DNA from: Macrostomum lignano
Lineage: Eukaryota
Direction: 5' to 3'
DNA length: 64,000 nucleotides
Assembly: GCA_002269645.1 (NCBI GenBank)
Contig: NIVC01001500.1
Coordinates: 186,001-250,000, forward strand
The translations under genes and the position numbers were made by a program. Under the pieces are notes generated by a model. That model did not search any database. It was not told the origin of the DNA and saw only the letters and a list, made by a program, of their open reading frames with translations. The first letter of the stretch is position 1; the number at the start of each line of letters is the position of its first letter. This document shows positions 1-14,422 of the stretch, piece after piece.

Positions 1-103
1 GAGGTTGGCTGTTGTCTCTTCTCTGAAATACTTTTCAACCTGTTTATTAATTGATTTTATCGATCTTGCCTTCAGCTTGACATCCAACAAGACTCGTTTA
101 AGA

Positions 104-3100
104 ATGCCGCCGATCAAATTGGCCATAGTAACACTCTTGTTGCTGCTGCCGAGTCTTGTTGTCAGCTCGCCAACAGAGAAGGCAACTAAAAAACAGCCGA
201 ACATCCTCATATTGCTGGTGGACGACTTGGGTTTCGGCGACATCGGTGAGTCCTTCTGGTTTGTAGGCCGTTCTAAAAGAAAAAAATAATTAATTTAATT
301 TAATTTTCATTTCTCAATTCTTGAATGCTTTAAATTTATTCTAAGATAGTTTAACGTCTTGCCAGTGGCATGTCAGGCCGGCGCACTTTAAGCGACATAT
401 TTGTCACACAGCTGGCAAGAAGCATTGCTGCCCGCATTCCGCCGACTCCCCTGAGCAGTCACACAAGCGCGCAGATACGTATGCAGTCACACGCACAGGC
501 ACACACTCACACAGGAGTGTACAGCGGCCCTAACTTTATTGATCGTAAGGCATGTACACTTCACTGTGCCTTGGGGGTTGGCCCTCAAGCTGGGCGTTAA
601 TTGCACGAGCAGAGCCAAGCCGAGATTCCAATGTAGCCCCAAATTAATGTGACTGCACTTGGAATCGAGCCTGGGCCGCTGGCACATCAGAGCCTGCGCT
701 AGACCGCTGGGCTACGGCCCCGCTTAGCAGTATATATATACATGTATGTAAATGACATACTGACTAAACATTCACTGCTTTGTTAATATATAGATAACGA
801 TTCGTGTTATCTATATATGCGGGTTACGAACGTACAGCCTCCCTGATTCGAATATTATTTTAGCTTTGGTTGCAAAACAGTTCAATGCTTTATCCTAATT
901 TACTAAAATTTCCTTCTAACTTCACAGGCGCCAACGGCAATACCACAATTCGAACGCCGAATGTTGACAGAATCGCCAAGGAGGGCGTCCGGCTGTCGCA
1001 CCACCTGACAGCCGCGCCAGTTTGTACGCCGAGTCGGTCGGCACTGCTGACGGGAAAATATCCATTAGGATGGGCATGGTGCCCAGCATCCAGATGCAGG
1101 TGTTCCCGTTCACGGCTAGCCAAGCCGGTTTACCAACTAATGAGACCACTTTTGCCAAGGTGGCTCAGCGGTCTGGCTACCGCACCGGACTGATTGGTGA
1201 GCGATCGACCGGTCTTCATGCATTTTTTGTTGTACATTTTAATTATTGGATTTGGAGATTGTGCTGTGGGGACTTGTTTTGCGTGCTGAGTTTGAGGGAT
1301 TTTTTCGCGGTGGTGGGTGTGAGGGGTTGTTTCGGGGTGCTGGGCGTGAGGGGTTGTTTTAGGGTGGTGGGTGTGGGGGTTGTTTTGGGGTGCTGGATGT
1401 GAGGGATTGTTTTGTGGTGGTGGGTGTGAGGGGTTGTTTTGGGGTGCTGGGCGTGAGGGGTTGTTTAGGGTGGTGGATGTGAAGGGTTGTTTTGGGGTGC
1501 TGGATGTGAGGGGTTGTTTTGGGGTGCTGGATGTGAGGGGTTGTTTCGGGGTGCTGGACGTGAGGGTTTGTTTTGTGGTGGTGGGTGTGAGGGGTTGTTT
1601 TGGGGTGCTGGGCGTGATGGGTTGTTTTGGTGTGGTGGGTGTGAGGGGCTTATCTTGGGGTGCTGGACGTGAGGGGTTGTTTTAGGGTGGTGGATATGAA
1701 GGGTTGTTTTGGGGTGCTGGGCGTGATGGGTTGTTTTGGGGTGGTGGGTGTGAGGGGCTTGTCTTGGGGTGTTGGGTGTGAGGGGCTTGTCTTGGGTGGT
1801 GGGTGTGAGGGGCTTGTCTTGGGGTGGTGGGTGTGAGGGACATGTATGCACTGTATGCCCGATCCGCCACTATTGCGCAACTACACCACCAGGAAAGTGG
1901 CATTTGGGCGCCCACTGCAGCAACAGCAAAGACTTCTGCCACCATCCGAACAACCACGGCTTCGACTATTTCTACGGCTGCCTGCTGACTCTGTTGAAAG
2001 ATTTCAGCGGCCTAGGCGAGTCGGTCCTACATTCGCGATTCCCTCACTACTACAGAAACATTAGCCTCACACTACTGGCTACATTGGCTTCTCTCGGTGT
2101 GGGCTACAAAATTGGCATCCTGCCCAGAAAGCTCTGCATATTCTTAGCTTTGCTGGGCGTCCTTGTTACCGGATTCCTATTCTGCCTGCCGGATTACCTA
2201 GTCCGCACCGTGAACAGCCAGCTTCATCGGCAAACCGAGCTGGTTGAACAGCCAATTCGATTTGAGAAACTGACCCAGCGGCTGGTCTGGGAAGGCGAAG
2301 AGTTCCTTGACAAGGCGGTGGACGAGGGGAAGCCGTTTCTGCTGTTCATGTCTTTCCTGCAGGTTCGGAGCTGACTCATTCTACTAGCTTTTGCCTCATT
2401 TTTCTTTGGGGTAGCAGTGCTCAGGAGGTGTGGACTATCCAAAAGAGTCTGGGGTAGCAGTGCTCAGGAGGTGTGAGCTATCCGATTGAGTCTGGGGTAG
2501 CGGTGCTCAGGAGGTGTGAACTATCCGATTGAGTCTGGGGTAGCGGTGCTCAGGAGGTGTGAACTATCCGATTGAGTCTGGGGTAGCGGTGCTCAGGAGG
2601 TGTGAACTATCCGATTGAGTCTGGGGTAGCGTTGAATTTCAAATAGTTAATGCTTGGCCCCCGTTCTTCCAAAATGCCGCAGGTGCACTCCCCGTTGTAC
2701 AATTCGGTACCCGGATATCGAGGCCGCAGCGCCCACGGCTGGTACGGCGACAACATCGAAGAGATGGACTGGTCCGTCGGCCAGATCCTCGACGCTCTGG
2801 ACAAGCCGTGTACACCATCGTGTACTTCAGCTCGGACAATGGCGGCCACATCGAGGAGACGACGCACACGGGCGAGCGGGCCGGCGGCCACAACGGCATC
2901 TATCGGGGCAGCAAGTGCCAGGGCGCCGTTGACGGCGGCATCCGCGTGCCTGGACTGCTGCGCTGGCCTGGCGTCATCCCGGCTGGCAGTCAGAGCAACG
3001 CGCTGACCTCCCAGATGGACATCTTCCCGACTCTGCTGGAGGCCATGGGCCAGCCGGTACCGTCGGGCATCGACGGTCGCAGCATCACAAAGCTCCTGCG

Positions 3101-3539
3101 CCAGCCTCAATCAACAAAATCGCCTCACGACTTTCTATTTCAATACTGCGGCACCTTGCTGCACGCGGTGCGTTGGAACTCGCCCGAGGGGGTGCTCAAG
3201 CTGCGGCACTACTCCCCCAACTGGCTGCCAGGCACCGAGGGCTGCCGCTACATCTGCGGCTGCATGGAAGGCCTCGGCAGCGTTCGACACTCGGTGCCAC
3301 TGCTGTACGACCTCAGCGCCGACGAGCGCGAGACCGCCATCGTCCCTGCCGACTCGGAGCGCTACCGTCGTCTGGTGCCGCAAATTCTCGAAGCTGAGAG
3401 GCGTCATCAGGCGAGCCTGAGCTCAGTGCCGAGCCAGTTCACCTTCGCCAAGCTCATGTGGCGGCCCTGGCTGCAGGACTGCTGCAATTTCCCCCTCTGC
3501 AACTGTCGGGACACCAAGTACGACAGTAGGCCCGCCTAG
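104..3539 (+). CDS. STS: Steryl-sulfatase/arylsulfatase (STS/ARSD-E-F-H type), 4 exons: 104-245, 928-1196, 1893-2362, 2683-3539; frameshifts near 1067 and 2805 (defective copy or sequence errors)
   Basis: Signal peptide then [29 protein letters not shown] (formylglycine motif), GKWHLG, a two-helix hydrophobic hairpin, [15 protein letters not shown] and C-terminal [16 protein letters not shown] junctions are phase-compatible. Confidence 0.9.
1300..1840. repeat. GT-rich degenerate ~22-bp minisatellite in arylsulfatase intron 2
   Basis: Repeated GGGTGTGAGGGGTTGTTTT-like units. Confidence 0.9.
2408..2631. repeat. 40-bp tandem repeat (~5.5 copies) in arylsulfatase intron 3
   Basis: TGGGGTAGCGGTGCTCAGGAGGTGTGAACTATCCGATTGAGTC-like units. 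Confidence 0.9.
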
Positions 3540-3993
3540 GGGAGTCTTTGTTCTCGGCCTTCCAAATACTGACAAAGACATGAACATCTAAAGTACTTCC
3601 GTTTATGTAATTAATGTCTGTTTCTATTAAGTTTTCTCCGTGAGATAGATTTCTGCGACGACCACAATGAGATTCTCTGAATAGAGATTCTTATGGTTGA
3701 GATTCTCAAAGGTGAGATTCTTGATCTTGAAAGTGCAAGCATGTAGAATAAAATTATTATTGATAGGAAGGTTTGTAGATTTAATTATCGTCTATGGTCG
3801 ATATTGTTATACTGTTAAGCTATACTGTTAGAAACACTCGAACTGAAAATTTATCTATAGCGTGCATATATATGAACTATGTTGATATACAATATATATT
3901 GAGCTTGAATTGGAATACAAAATAAATTGAATATATATGCTGAATTAGAATTCTCTCAGTCGAGATTTTCGATCCTGAGTTTCTTATATTTTT

Positions 3994-4126
<133 letters not shown>

Positions 4127-4320
4127 GTAATTAATTTTGTTTGGGAACCCTCTGGTGGAGAAAAAAAGCCGATATGTATAGAAATGTATACAATAGAAAT
4201 AATACAGTAAAGCCTGCGATGAAAAATTCGATTTGGAAGTGCTGGGTCAAATATTTGAATGAATTTGAATGCTCCCCATGAGGGGCTTAGTGAGCTAGTA
4301 ACTTCTAAGGGCAGTCCATC

Positions 4321-6013
4321 TGCTGTATGTTGTGGTGTTGTGGAGCCTCAAATCTCTAGCTTTTAAATGAGCACTTAAAGAGCTCATAAATGAAAGCATA
4401 GACCATAAGACATAATCCCAACGTCGCCCCCTTTTATGAATAAAATCACAACCCGGTCATTGTCAGCTCTCTCATCGTTGAATTAGCAAAGTTACAAAAT
4501 CCCAAAGTCAGGTCGCTCTGTAGTAGACCAGCGGCTGTACAGTTCGACCAGAACGCGTCGACTGGATTTCGATTGGGTGACTGAATCACTTGGTGCGCTC
4601 CGTGAAGCCTGTTGCAATTATGCACTTGAATCCTGGTCTGCTGTCTCATTGGTTTAACGAATTTGCATGCTTTCCAGAATAGAGTCAAGTCTGGTCTCAG
4701 CATAACGTTCTGCGATCTTCTATTTCTCTTTTAGGTCTTTCATGCTGCTGTTTTGAACTTGTAAGACATTTCAGGATCTGTCTCATCTGTCTGTATCAGT
4801 TCAGCGGGTCGATCGTGACGCACCCGCACCTGATCTGCTTTGCTCAGTGGCTTTAGAGTTTTGACTGTCTGGTTTCACTACCGCATTAGCTTATTCCATT
4901 TGTCCATTGGAATTTTTAGTCTCACCTTTCGTCCAATGCTCCTTCGGATTCAGAATTCTTTTTCCGGGATTGGAAACTGGTATTGCAGTTTCCTTCCCAT
5001 CATCAGTTGCGATGGTGTTGGAAGTCCTCTCTCAATCGGAGCGTTTCGGCAGTGCAACAGTGCTTGATGGATGTCCTCACTTTTGCTTAAGTAGCCCTTA
5101 ACTGTTTGCACTGCTCGTTCCGCTAAACCATTTGACCATTGTTTGTGTCCCAACTCCTGACAAGATGTTGTATGTTGTGATGGTGGTTCACGTCCGCTCC
5201 AGTATGAATCTTGTACTGAACCTCCTGGAAATCTTCTGTGAGCATCCGTACAAAAGTTTTTACGTTGACACAATGCAGTGCGTTGCTAGTGATAGTGGAT
5301 GCTGATACAGATCACGAATTTTCTAGCTGCAACTCACCTACATAATTCAACTGATCAATGCATGAGGTCAACTTGTCGTGTTCCAGTGCCCCTTTGCTTC
5401 TTTCAACCTACTGCAGTAAAGAGGTTCTTTCTTCAGCAACTTGTACAAGTCTTGCCGAATGCCGCACGGACAATTCTTGCTGCCAAATTTGTTATACCGT
5501 CCATAGTACCTGCATTTCCCCTGCGATCCCGATGCCTCTGCCACCAAGAGCTCTACGATTGCAATGGATCCGGTAGGATAGCATTATATCGTTTCTCTGT
5601 TATTCGGAGCAGCGAACTTATCTGGCTTTATGCGGATTCCAAAGTCGCTGAGAAAGTGGTCAAAGTCCTCAAATTGGTATTGAACTCTCATCCTGAATTT
5701 GTACCGGGCGTGCGTCACAGTCTCGAGTGGTTTGCAGAAATTGTCAAAAGGCACTGACGATGCTGTCATATTTGCGACCGGCTTCAGAGCTTTCCTTAAT
5801 TGAATGTATCAAAGATGTCCCGACCTTCTCCAAGTGCTGTGAGCAGAAGGGCGATCTTCATCTCGTCGCTTCGTGGCTGTGAGCTGTGAGCTGTGGCTGG
5901 CTGTGTCCTCATCGAATGTGATGGATTCTGTTGCCTTTGAAATAGCTGAATGTTGTATACACTCAAGAACTAATCGTTAGCTGTTTCCTCTGACACCATG
6001 TTTTATGTTGTGG
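4321..6013 (-). mobile_element. Degenerate, internally deleted Gypsy-type LTR retrotransposon (gag fragment plus integrase C-terminal fragment, no RT)
   Basis: Minus-strand SNGLAERAVQTVKGYL...RNAPIERGLPTPSQLMMGRKL (integrase) and ARYKFRMRVQ (gag-like). PBS-like TGGTGTCAGAGG at 5998-5987; purine tract AAAAGGGGGCGA near 4435-4424. LTRs are poorly conserved. Confidence 0.75.
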
Positions 6014-6235
6014 AAATACAGTTGATTGATGAAAAATTAAGTAAAAAACAATAATTCCACTTTGGAGAATCGATGAACTAAATAATATATGAAAAAAATG
6101 AATGAACTACAAATAGAAGTCACCGTTATATCGAGACTAGCACTAGACTGCCAGCATCTCACCCACAGTGCTTCCAATATCCATATAAAACTGCATGGTA
6201 TGCGTCTGATTGGAGATTGATCTGCATGTACAAAA

Positions 6236-6430
6236 CAGGGGTCGGCAACTCTGGCCGGCAAGAACTCTCTGTCCGGCCTGAGAGTCCTTGGAAACTTCAC
6301 AATAGCCATCCGGCGCGCTCATGGTTTGTGTCTCTCTCTCAGCTCTCTCTTCTCTCCTCTCCCTCTTCTCTCTTCTATGGTCTCTTCTCTCCTCTCCCTC
6401 TTCTCTCTCATCTCCTCTCTCCTTCCATAT
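6236..6430 (+). mobile_element. hAT-MITE-like end (CAGGGGTCGGCAAC) followed by a CT-rich tract; similar end on minus near 56690
   Basis: Typical hAT terminal sequence; the partner end was not located. Confidence 0.4.
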
Positions 6431-7186
6431 CATCTCATTTATCGTCTTAGCTATTGACCTAAATCAGAAAGTCTTTGTTACGAATTAATTTTTAGCATGT
6501 GTTTAAGACGCGCTTAGCATGCGTTTAGCACGTGTATTATTAGTGCTTTAACAGAGACCTTGAACTGATAATACGAGGTACAAGCAATCAGCTTCACCTG
6601 CTGTAAAACAGCTCACCGCCTCACCTGTCCTCTGCAGCTATCATACAACGAATATAATTCGGTCATAAATAATTGGATAAGAACGCCTTGCACGACCTCA
6701 TCTCTATTGACTGTCAGCCTTCCTCTTTGCCATGCTGCGCCAAAGAGGACCGCCGTCTCTCTCTGTCTCTATATCAGGTCGACTTAGTCTCTGGCTTATT
6801 TCTATCTCTCTCTGTTAGTTCGCTTCTCCGCAAATGAGGAAAATATATTCTCCAAGCAGTGTTTTTTAGTTCGGCAGTTGACCACCTGGGCCGGAACTGT
6901 GACGACTCTGTCTGTCAGGGGAGCGAATTTGTGCTCGACAAAGGAAATTGGATAGGCAGTTGCAATAATAAAAAATGCGCATATATAAAGAGATGAGATA
7001 GGCATTGGATTATCTATGGTGTACTTTTGTAAGTGTCAAAGACTAGCTGATCTTGTTGATCAGACTGATAATAATAGCTAATTTCTAATTCCCAGTGTTT
7101 AGGGATTAGGCTGAGTTAGCCATCCATTTCATTCATTGATCCCTTAGAGAGAGTAGCAATCCATTCTATTCAATAACCTATTGGAT

Positions 7187-7575
7187 AGATTAGCAATCCA
7201 TTCTATTTATTCATCTACCTATTGGTTAGATTAGCAATTCATTCTATTTATTCATCTACCTATTGGTTAGATTAGCAATCCATTCTATTTATTCATCTAC
7301 CTATTGGTTAGATTAGCAATCCATTCTATTTATTCATCTACCTATTGGTTAGATTAGCAATCCATTCTATTTATTCATCTACCTATTGGTTAGATTAGCA
7401 ATCCATTCTATTTATTCATCTACCTATTGGTTAGATTAGCAATCCATTCTATTTATTCATCTACCTATTGGTTAGATTAGCAATCCATTCTATTTATTCA
7501 TCTACCTATTGGTTAGATTAGCAATCCATTCTATTTATTCATCTACCTATTGGTTAGATTAGCAATCCATTCTAT
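7187..7575. repeat. 41-bp minisatellite, ~9-10 copies
   Basis: GATTAGCAATCCATTCTATTTATTCATCTACCTATTGGTTA; period 41 (7270, 7311). Confidence 0.95.
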
Positions 7576-8524
7576 TCCTTCCCTGATGATATTAGCAACT
7601 GAATAGTTGAGAAAACATGCACAGCAATCTACGTACATTTTGCTTCAAATTAATTTTAATTTTCTGCACGCCAATGGAAAATGCGTTCAGACAAGAAGGC
7701 ATTGAAATCGCTCTAAGCTCTCGCCTATATTTCTCAGTGCATCTGGGAGGCAAGGATTTTTGCATGCACGGCAATACCGGTTCTCCGGCCCATGATTTAT
7801 TCATGCAGCTCATGCATAGCGATGGCTGGGTTGAAGAGACGAAGGACAGACAAAGGGGTAAAACACTTGAAATTCTGTCAAGCTTGAAGCAGCAAGAAAG
7901 GGAGTCTTATAGCAGCTCCCTCTGTGGCAGCCAGTCTGCATTTATTGCTAGCTAGCTGTGTTTTCTAATTTCACTAATGGGCCCGGTGCCTTTCTGCCCG
8001 ACATGATTCAGTTGTCAGGAGATGCTTCAGAGCCATTTGAAGGGAGGTGTTTGGGATTAATTTTTTTGCTGCAGCAGCGTGCTGCCACACAGACACGCAG
8101 ACACACAGAAGCAGTGCATGCAGTTGGCTTTTCATGGGGAAATTAAGTCTACGAAATTTGGAATTTTGTGTGTGTGTGTGTGTGTGTTCATTGTCCAAAA
8201 TCGTTTGCGTTGGTCACGTGATGCTTAATGTTAATAGCTTGTGATAATCGTTGGAGCCGTTGGAATGGCTCGTGTATCCTTTCTGCAAGCAATTCTAATA
8301 TGCTTTAAGGACTCCGTTGCAATTTGAGCAAATCACTGATTTCTTTGGAAATAAAGTGCTCTAGTGAGAATTGAGAAGGCCACGGAAATGAGGGCATTCA
8401 TCAGCCTGATTGTGTACCTGCCGGCCTGATTATGTTACATTTTTGTTATTGAGTATGCGTGCTGTGGCTCTGCGGTTTATGAAACCCCAGATGAAAAATC
8501 TGCCTGCAGAATTTGTGTCTCTTC

Positions 8525-8923
<399 letters not shown>

Positions 8924-9379
8924 ACTGTACTTTATGGACTCGAAAATTTGCCCAGAATTGAGGAACTTTTTTGGCGATCTTCCACCTTAATTATGGTATT
9001 ATCTAGTTTATAATTTCTTATAAGACACACTTATCTCACAAGAACAGTCAGGACCCAAGGCGAGCAATGATCACTTTGATCAGCGGTGGCCATCATCAAC
9101 GGACCCTTAATCACCAGCTTTAATCTCAAGCTATATACCGCTTAGCCATCTATGCATTCCCTATCGGCAGTTTAGACGAGGTTATGCATGTAATTACATA
9201 TAAGAATCTCGTCGCATTCTTAGACTTTGATCTCATTCGTTTTTGACAACAACAGCAGGCTTGTGTTTAGCAAATCGAATTCGCCAATATGAAAGTAAGT
9301 ACATCGCTTCGCCGTTAAATATCGATTAACTCATTTAGATCTTTTCGACTTTTATTAATTTACTCCAATACTGAACAAT

Positions 9380-10028
9380 GGGGAGTGAAGGGAAGTCACA
9401 GTGGGGAGTGAAGGGAAGTCACAGTGGGGAGTGAAGGGAAGTCACAGTGGGGAGTGAAGGGAAGTCACAGTGGGGAGTGAAGGGAAGTCACAATGAGGAG
9501 TGAAGTGAAGTCACACTGGGGAGTGAAGGGAAGTCACAGTGGGGAGTGAAGGAAAGTCACAGTGGGAGTGAAGGAAAGTCACAATGAGGAGTGATGGAAA
9601 GTCACAATAAGGAGTGAAGGAAAGTCACAATAAGGTGTGAAGGGAAGTCGCAATGAGGAGTGAAGGGAAGTCACAATGAGGAGTGAAGAAGGGAAGTCAC
9701 AATGAGGAGTGAAGGAAAGTCACAGTGGGAGTGAAGGGAAGTCACAATGAGGAGTGAAGGGAAGTCACAGTGGGGAGTGAAGGGAAGTCACAGTGGGGAG
9801 TGAAGGAAAGTCACAGTGGGAGTGAAGGAAAGTCACAATGAGGAGTGATGGAAAGTCACAATAAGGAGTGAAGGAAAGTCACAATAAGGTGTGAAGGGAA
9901 GTCGCAATGAGGAGTGAAGGGAAGTCACAATGAGGAGTGAAGAAGGGAAGTCACAATGAGGAGTGAAGGAAAGTCACAGTGGGAGTGAAGGGAAGTCACA
10001 ATGAGGAGTGAAGGGAAGTCACAGTGGG
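9380..10028. repeat. ~22-23-bp purine-rich minisatellite
   Basis: GGGGAGTGAAGGGAAGTCACAGT variants. Confidence 0.95.
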
Positions 10029-10347
10029 AAGAATATTGAAATATGAAAAAACCTTGGCGTATTGAGTAGCTGTCGCTCAGAAGCGGAGCAGAATAACACT
10101 GAGCTCTCAGCAACCAACTAGGGAAGAGTCGTTAACTCGGAATACTCAAAGCAGCCAATCGGAATGTCCGAAGAGTTAGGGACAAGTCCGGAAACAGGAG
10201 AATGAAACTGAGCTGCCAAATTCGCAATTCGCCTTTTGCAAAAGGAGAGAGAGATACCTAGGGAGTTAGCAAAGGATTGACACTGACAACTGGAGAATCA
10301 GGAGCTACAGTTCAGCCCAATATTATTTTTAAACAACGAACAGCAAC

Positions 10348-11062
10348 ATGCAGCCGCGCACCGGGGTTGTCATGGCAACCGTCGCTTTAGCCATGCTGAC
10401 TGTCGCGCTGGCGCGTTTGGACAACGGCGGCGTCGATTTGGCCGACTGGCTGGAGGAGCGATCGAGGAGCAAGGGTAACAACAGGGGCTTAGAGGGATTA
10501 GGAAAGTACAATTGCAAATAATGACAATAGAGGGAGAGCGTCCTAGATGACAGTTGAAAACAAGAGGATTAGATTAATAATGAAAATTATAGAAATTTTA
10601 CATACAGACAGGCAGACACAAAGACACATGAACTGGGGTGGACACAACTGACACCAAAGCACTGGATGACTTGGACACATAATGCATACTAGGGCATTGT
10701 GCACTGGACACTGAGACAAGGAAGAAAGCAATATTTTTTGCTTTTAAAATCATTTCTAACGGAAGATTATCCACTGCCAGCAAGCTGCAAACTTTGTTCC
10801 ATCATTATCTCCATTATCCCCAATTGCCATCTCAACCTGAGCAGACCGACTTGGTCCGAGCGAGTCCCGCCGCGACACGCTGGAAATGTTGCCGGCCACC
10901 AGGCGCCACGATTTGCGACTGCTCCGGCTTGCCCGACGACTGGCCAAGGAGCTGCGAGAGGCGACCGAAGCGGCGGCGACTGCTGCGGCGGGCCACGACT
11001 CGGACCTAGCAACGGTTGTCAAGCGGTGTCGCCTCGGCCGGTTCTCCTGTCCGATTGGCTGA
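10348..11062 (+). CDS. Putative secreted neuropeptide precursor, 114 aa, exons 10348-10474 and 10845-11062, ending KR-CRLGRFSCPIG*
   Basis: Hydrophobic signal peptide (MQPRTGVVMATVALAMLTVALA), phase-1 GT-AG intron giving a continuous frame, dibasic site, two Cys, terminal Gly. Exons are GC-rich like the other host genes. Confidence 0.65.
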
Positions 11063-13234
11063 ATTGTCGATATGTCAGTCGCATCCTGCATAGCCACTAA
11101 TATATTATCTGTGGAGATCTTTGAGATGAAATGGACCGATAAAAAACCTTACAACGCTGCAACAACCCCCCGAATGAGGGCTCCTCATCTTGAACTCAAT
11201 TTTGGTCGAAAATATACAGTACATCAAGTCAGTCCCGATCCACCTATACAGGCTGTTTGCGTGCGGTTTAAGGAGGCACTCTGAATGAACTTTTTCAAAT
11301 GATGTTCATAGTTTAACAATATCGCGAAATTTGCTGTTCGGATCATAAATCAGCGTCACAGGGCGCGTTTCACAGCTTGAGCGCAGTGGCGTAGCCATGC
11401 AAAAGGTTCAAAGAGGGCCGTGCACGGCCGTGCACGTGCATATGCTGGCAGAATGGGGTCAGCAAGCAGGCAGTCGACGGTTGGTCGCCTAACCGCGTTA
11501 AGGTTTCAGGGCGCTGATAAACGACGGTACAACAGGCGATCTCAGAATCGTTTAAAGACGATTCTCGAGAGTTTTCTTGACAAATCGACACGTCATGCAT
11601 TTGGTTTTTGTTACGATTCCCAAGATAGTCTGTGGGTGGTTTTAAGGATGGCCCAGGGCTGATGCATAAACAGCCCGATCTTGAATTTATCCAGCAGGAA
11701 GATCTCGACCACCGCGTCAAAACAACGTCCGATCGACTGCGCTACGATGTCGCAGTTCGTAGTTGGAAACTTCGGTTGGTAAGCAAGTCGTCGAAGAAGA
11801 CGAGAGGTTCCGTGATCTGCCTGTCAGCGCGCGTTGAGCACGAGGACGAAGTTGGCCAAGGAATTTGAAAACGAATTGTTAAATAGAGTTTCTCGCTAAT
11901 CTCGATATGCAGAAAAAGAAATTTCCTTCGTCAATTTACCAAGATTTTTTATAAGTAAACGACGCGTTTCGCCCTCGGTGGAGCATCTTTAGGTTTATTT
12001 TATTTAAGAAAAAGTTAATCATCAGCGTTAGCATTTTGAAAAGGCAGAGAAAGCCAACAGAAAACTTCATTAACTTTATCTCTACAAAACAAAATTTTAA
12101 TCTCTAGCTTTAATCTCAGTTTGTTGAATTCGCGCTACGGTTTCTTTCAACCATCTACTTGTACAGTACTTGTACATCGCTCGACAAATTTCCCGGCGAG
12201 GGAAGGCAGAAGCTGGCTTGCTTTTTTTCACGCTGTCTGCAATCTTTAATATGTCGGAATTGTTTTGAAACCTCAAAAGGCAAAAGTATTGTATCATAAA
12301 AAGTGCGATGGCACGTGTACTGGAATCCTGCAATTTAGTCCTGAAAGTCACTAAGATGTCAGAGACTGACTTGGTCTAAAAAATCATACATGTACCTGTT
12401 GCATTAAATGTCTATATTATTTTGCGAAGCAGCAGGCATAATCATGGCTGCATCTGTACGAGTATAGCATATCTATACCCAAAGCTTGAGAAGCAAACAA
12501 TCATAGACTCAAGCAAAATCATTTGTTGAAGCGCAAAGCAGTTTACACTCCCAGAGTCCCAACTCCATTATCGCAATAACTCTGGCAGTTCAACCAGAAC
12601 GTTCCATCTGCACGGGCGGCCTGCCAACCATGACTTACAGCACAGGCATATGGTATAGGCAGTATATCCTTATCCCCAGCTTTTTTTGTATGCATCCATG
12701 CATCGGATTTTTTAAAAGCTTGCTTTTTTAAGCCTTCTAAAAGCTGTAGAGTCGGATTTCAATCCTCTACTATGTACATGAACGCACATAGGTACATATA
12801 TAGTAAGCAAGTCACGAGACAATAATTGATTATATAAGCTACTCATATTTACACCACATATTAAATTACGACAGTGCTTCTGCACTACGCTTAAGATTAC
12901 CGTTCATCCACTGAACCTTAAAAGTAAATGATTCATTTAGGTATATAGCCAGGAGTCTACGTTTATATGCACTTCGCGCAACATTCAAAACTTGTCAAGA
13001 CTTGTACTCGTACGTGTATCTGTCAACTATTCGAGAGACAGATATTTTGCGATTTGCTGCATAAGATAGTAAGAATTTGTAAGGTAAACCAAAAACTCAA
13101 GCACTCTCTGGGATTCCCTAATATTAATTAATGATGTCAGTTAGTTTCACTATAGGACTGTATATTTGCATGTCATGACAGGACTTTAACCTAAAAATTA
13201 CAGGAAGTCACTAAAAGCCCTGTCAAACACCCTC

Positions 13235-13375
13235 AATTACCTCAGGTAAATGTGGTACCCATTTTACAGCCAGGTGAACATAATACATGCTGTCTTGCTC
13301 AAGGACACAAACAGTGTTCCGAGTGGGACGAAAATCGAACCTCTAACCTTTCAGTCGCGAGTCCGGCTACAACCC
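13235..13375 (-). mobile_element. tRNA-derived SINE fragment
   Basis: Minus strand has B-box-like GGTTCGA followed by GTGTCCTTGAGCAAG...TTCACCTGGCTGTAAAATGGGTACC, a conserved SINE central-domain-like sequence. Confidence 0.65.
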
Positions 13376-14422
13376 TCCTGAATTTAAGGTTGATACCAAA
13401 CAAAAAATCCCACAATGCCTATCGGATGCGATAGATACGATATATTTAGCCATACTGAAAATAGTTTTAGCAATTTTTTACAAACTTGCCATGACTGAAA
13501 GCTCTGATCCCGCGTCGATTCAGACAGGAATCTGCTTCCTGTAAAGAAAGCAACAATCGGTAGAGATGCATTGTTACTTGTTAATTTAAAACGATATGTA
13601 AATGTAACAAAAGCTATATTAAGCTGGTGTTTTCAATGGGGAGAGAAGAGATCGAAGGCAGCCCTATAGCTACGAGTAAGAGCTAAGAATCGACACAGAC
13701 CGGCTTCTACGCGTCGAAGCTGCAAAAAGTTCCATTCAATGTAGTTTTGAGCTCAACCAGACCAAGTGTGAATAACTTGAGCTTGATAAATCCAATTGAG
13801 GAATCCTTACTTATACATGCCAGTGCACCAGAGAAAAGCACGTCCTTGCGTTTTTTCGTGATTCTATAATCAGTATGAATTTTCGAAGCTATAAAGACCC
13901 AAGTTTGTAACTCCACATATAAGAGTGCTACTTGTACGAGCGTATAGTTTCATCATTAATGGCTAAAAATACTTCAAATTTCATGAAAGCTATAGACTAG
14001 GTGCAAACAGGCTGAACTGCTAATGCAACGACCTGGGTTCGAATTTTTATCATGAAAAATAACTTATATAAAAGTCTTTTCAACCAAGCAAAGCAGACTT
14101 GACTTGAGAAAAGGAAAAAGAAATTAGAACTCAATCAACCTTCAATAAACCGCTTCGATCTTGGAAGATCGTTCAAGCTTTTAGACACGGCAGATTTTGT
14201 CTGCATTGCATTTTGCCCCTCCGTGCTTAGTAAGTCTTATTACGTTCCGGTGGGTGACTGCATATCAAATTCATTTTTTGTCGGAGAAGTTTTCATTTCT
14301 ATATACATGCAGGGGTAAAATGTACCCGGTACATACATAAACATCGGTGAGCTATTAATTAATACATGAATATGCCATGTTGCATTTTTGTCCCCTAAAT
14401 CTCTTTTATAAGCGAGGTTAAT

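Noticed and set aside
11340-12360. GC-moderate stretches with short ORFs (also 7617-7955)
   Set aside because: No recognisable motifs, stops interrupt the frames and there is no consistent splice structure; left unannotated
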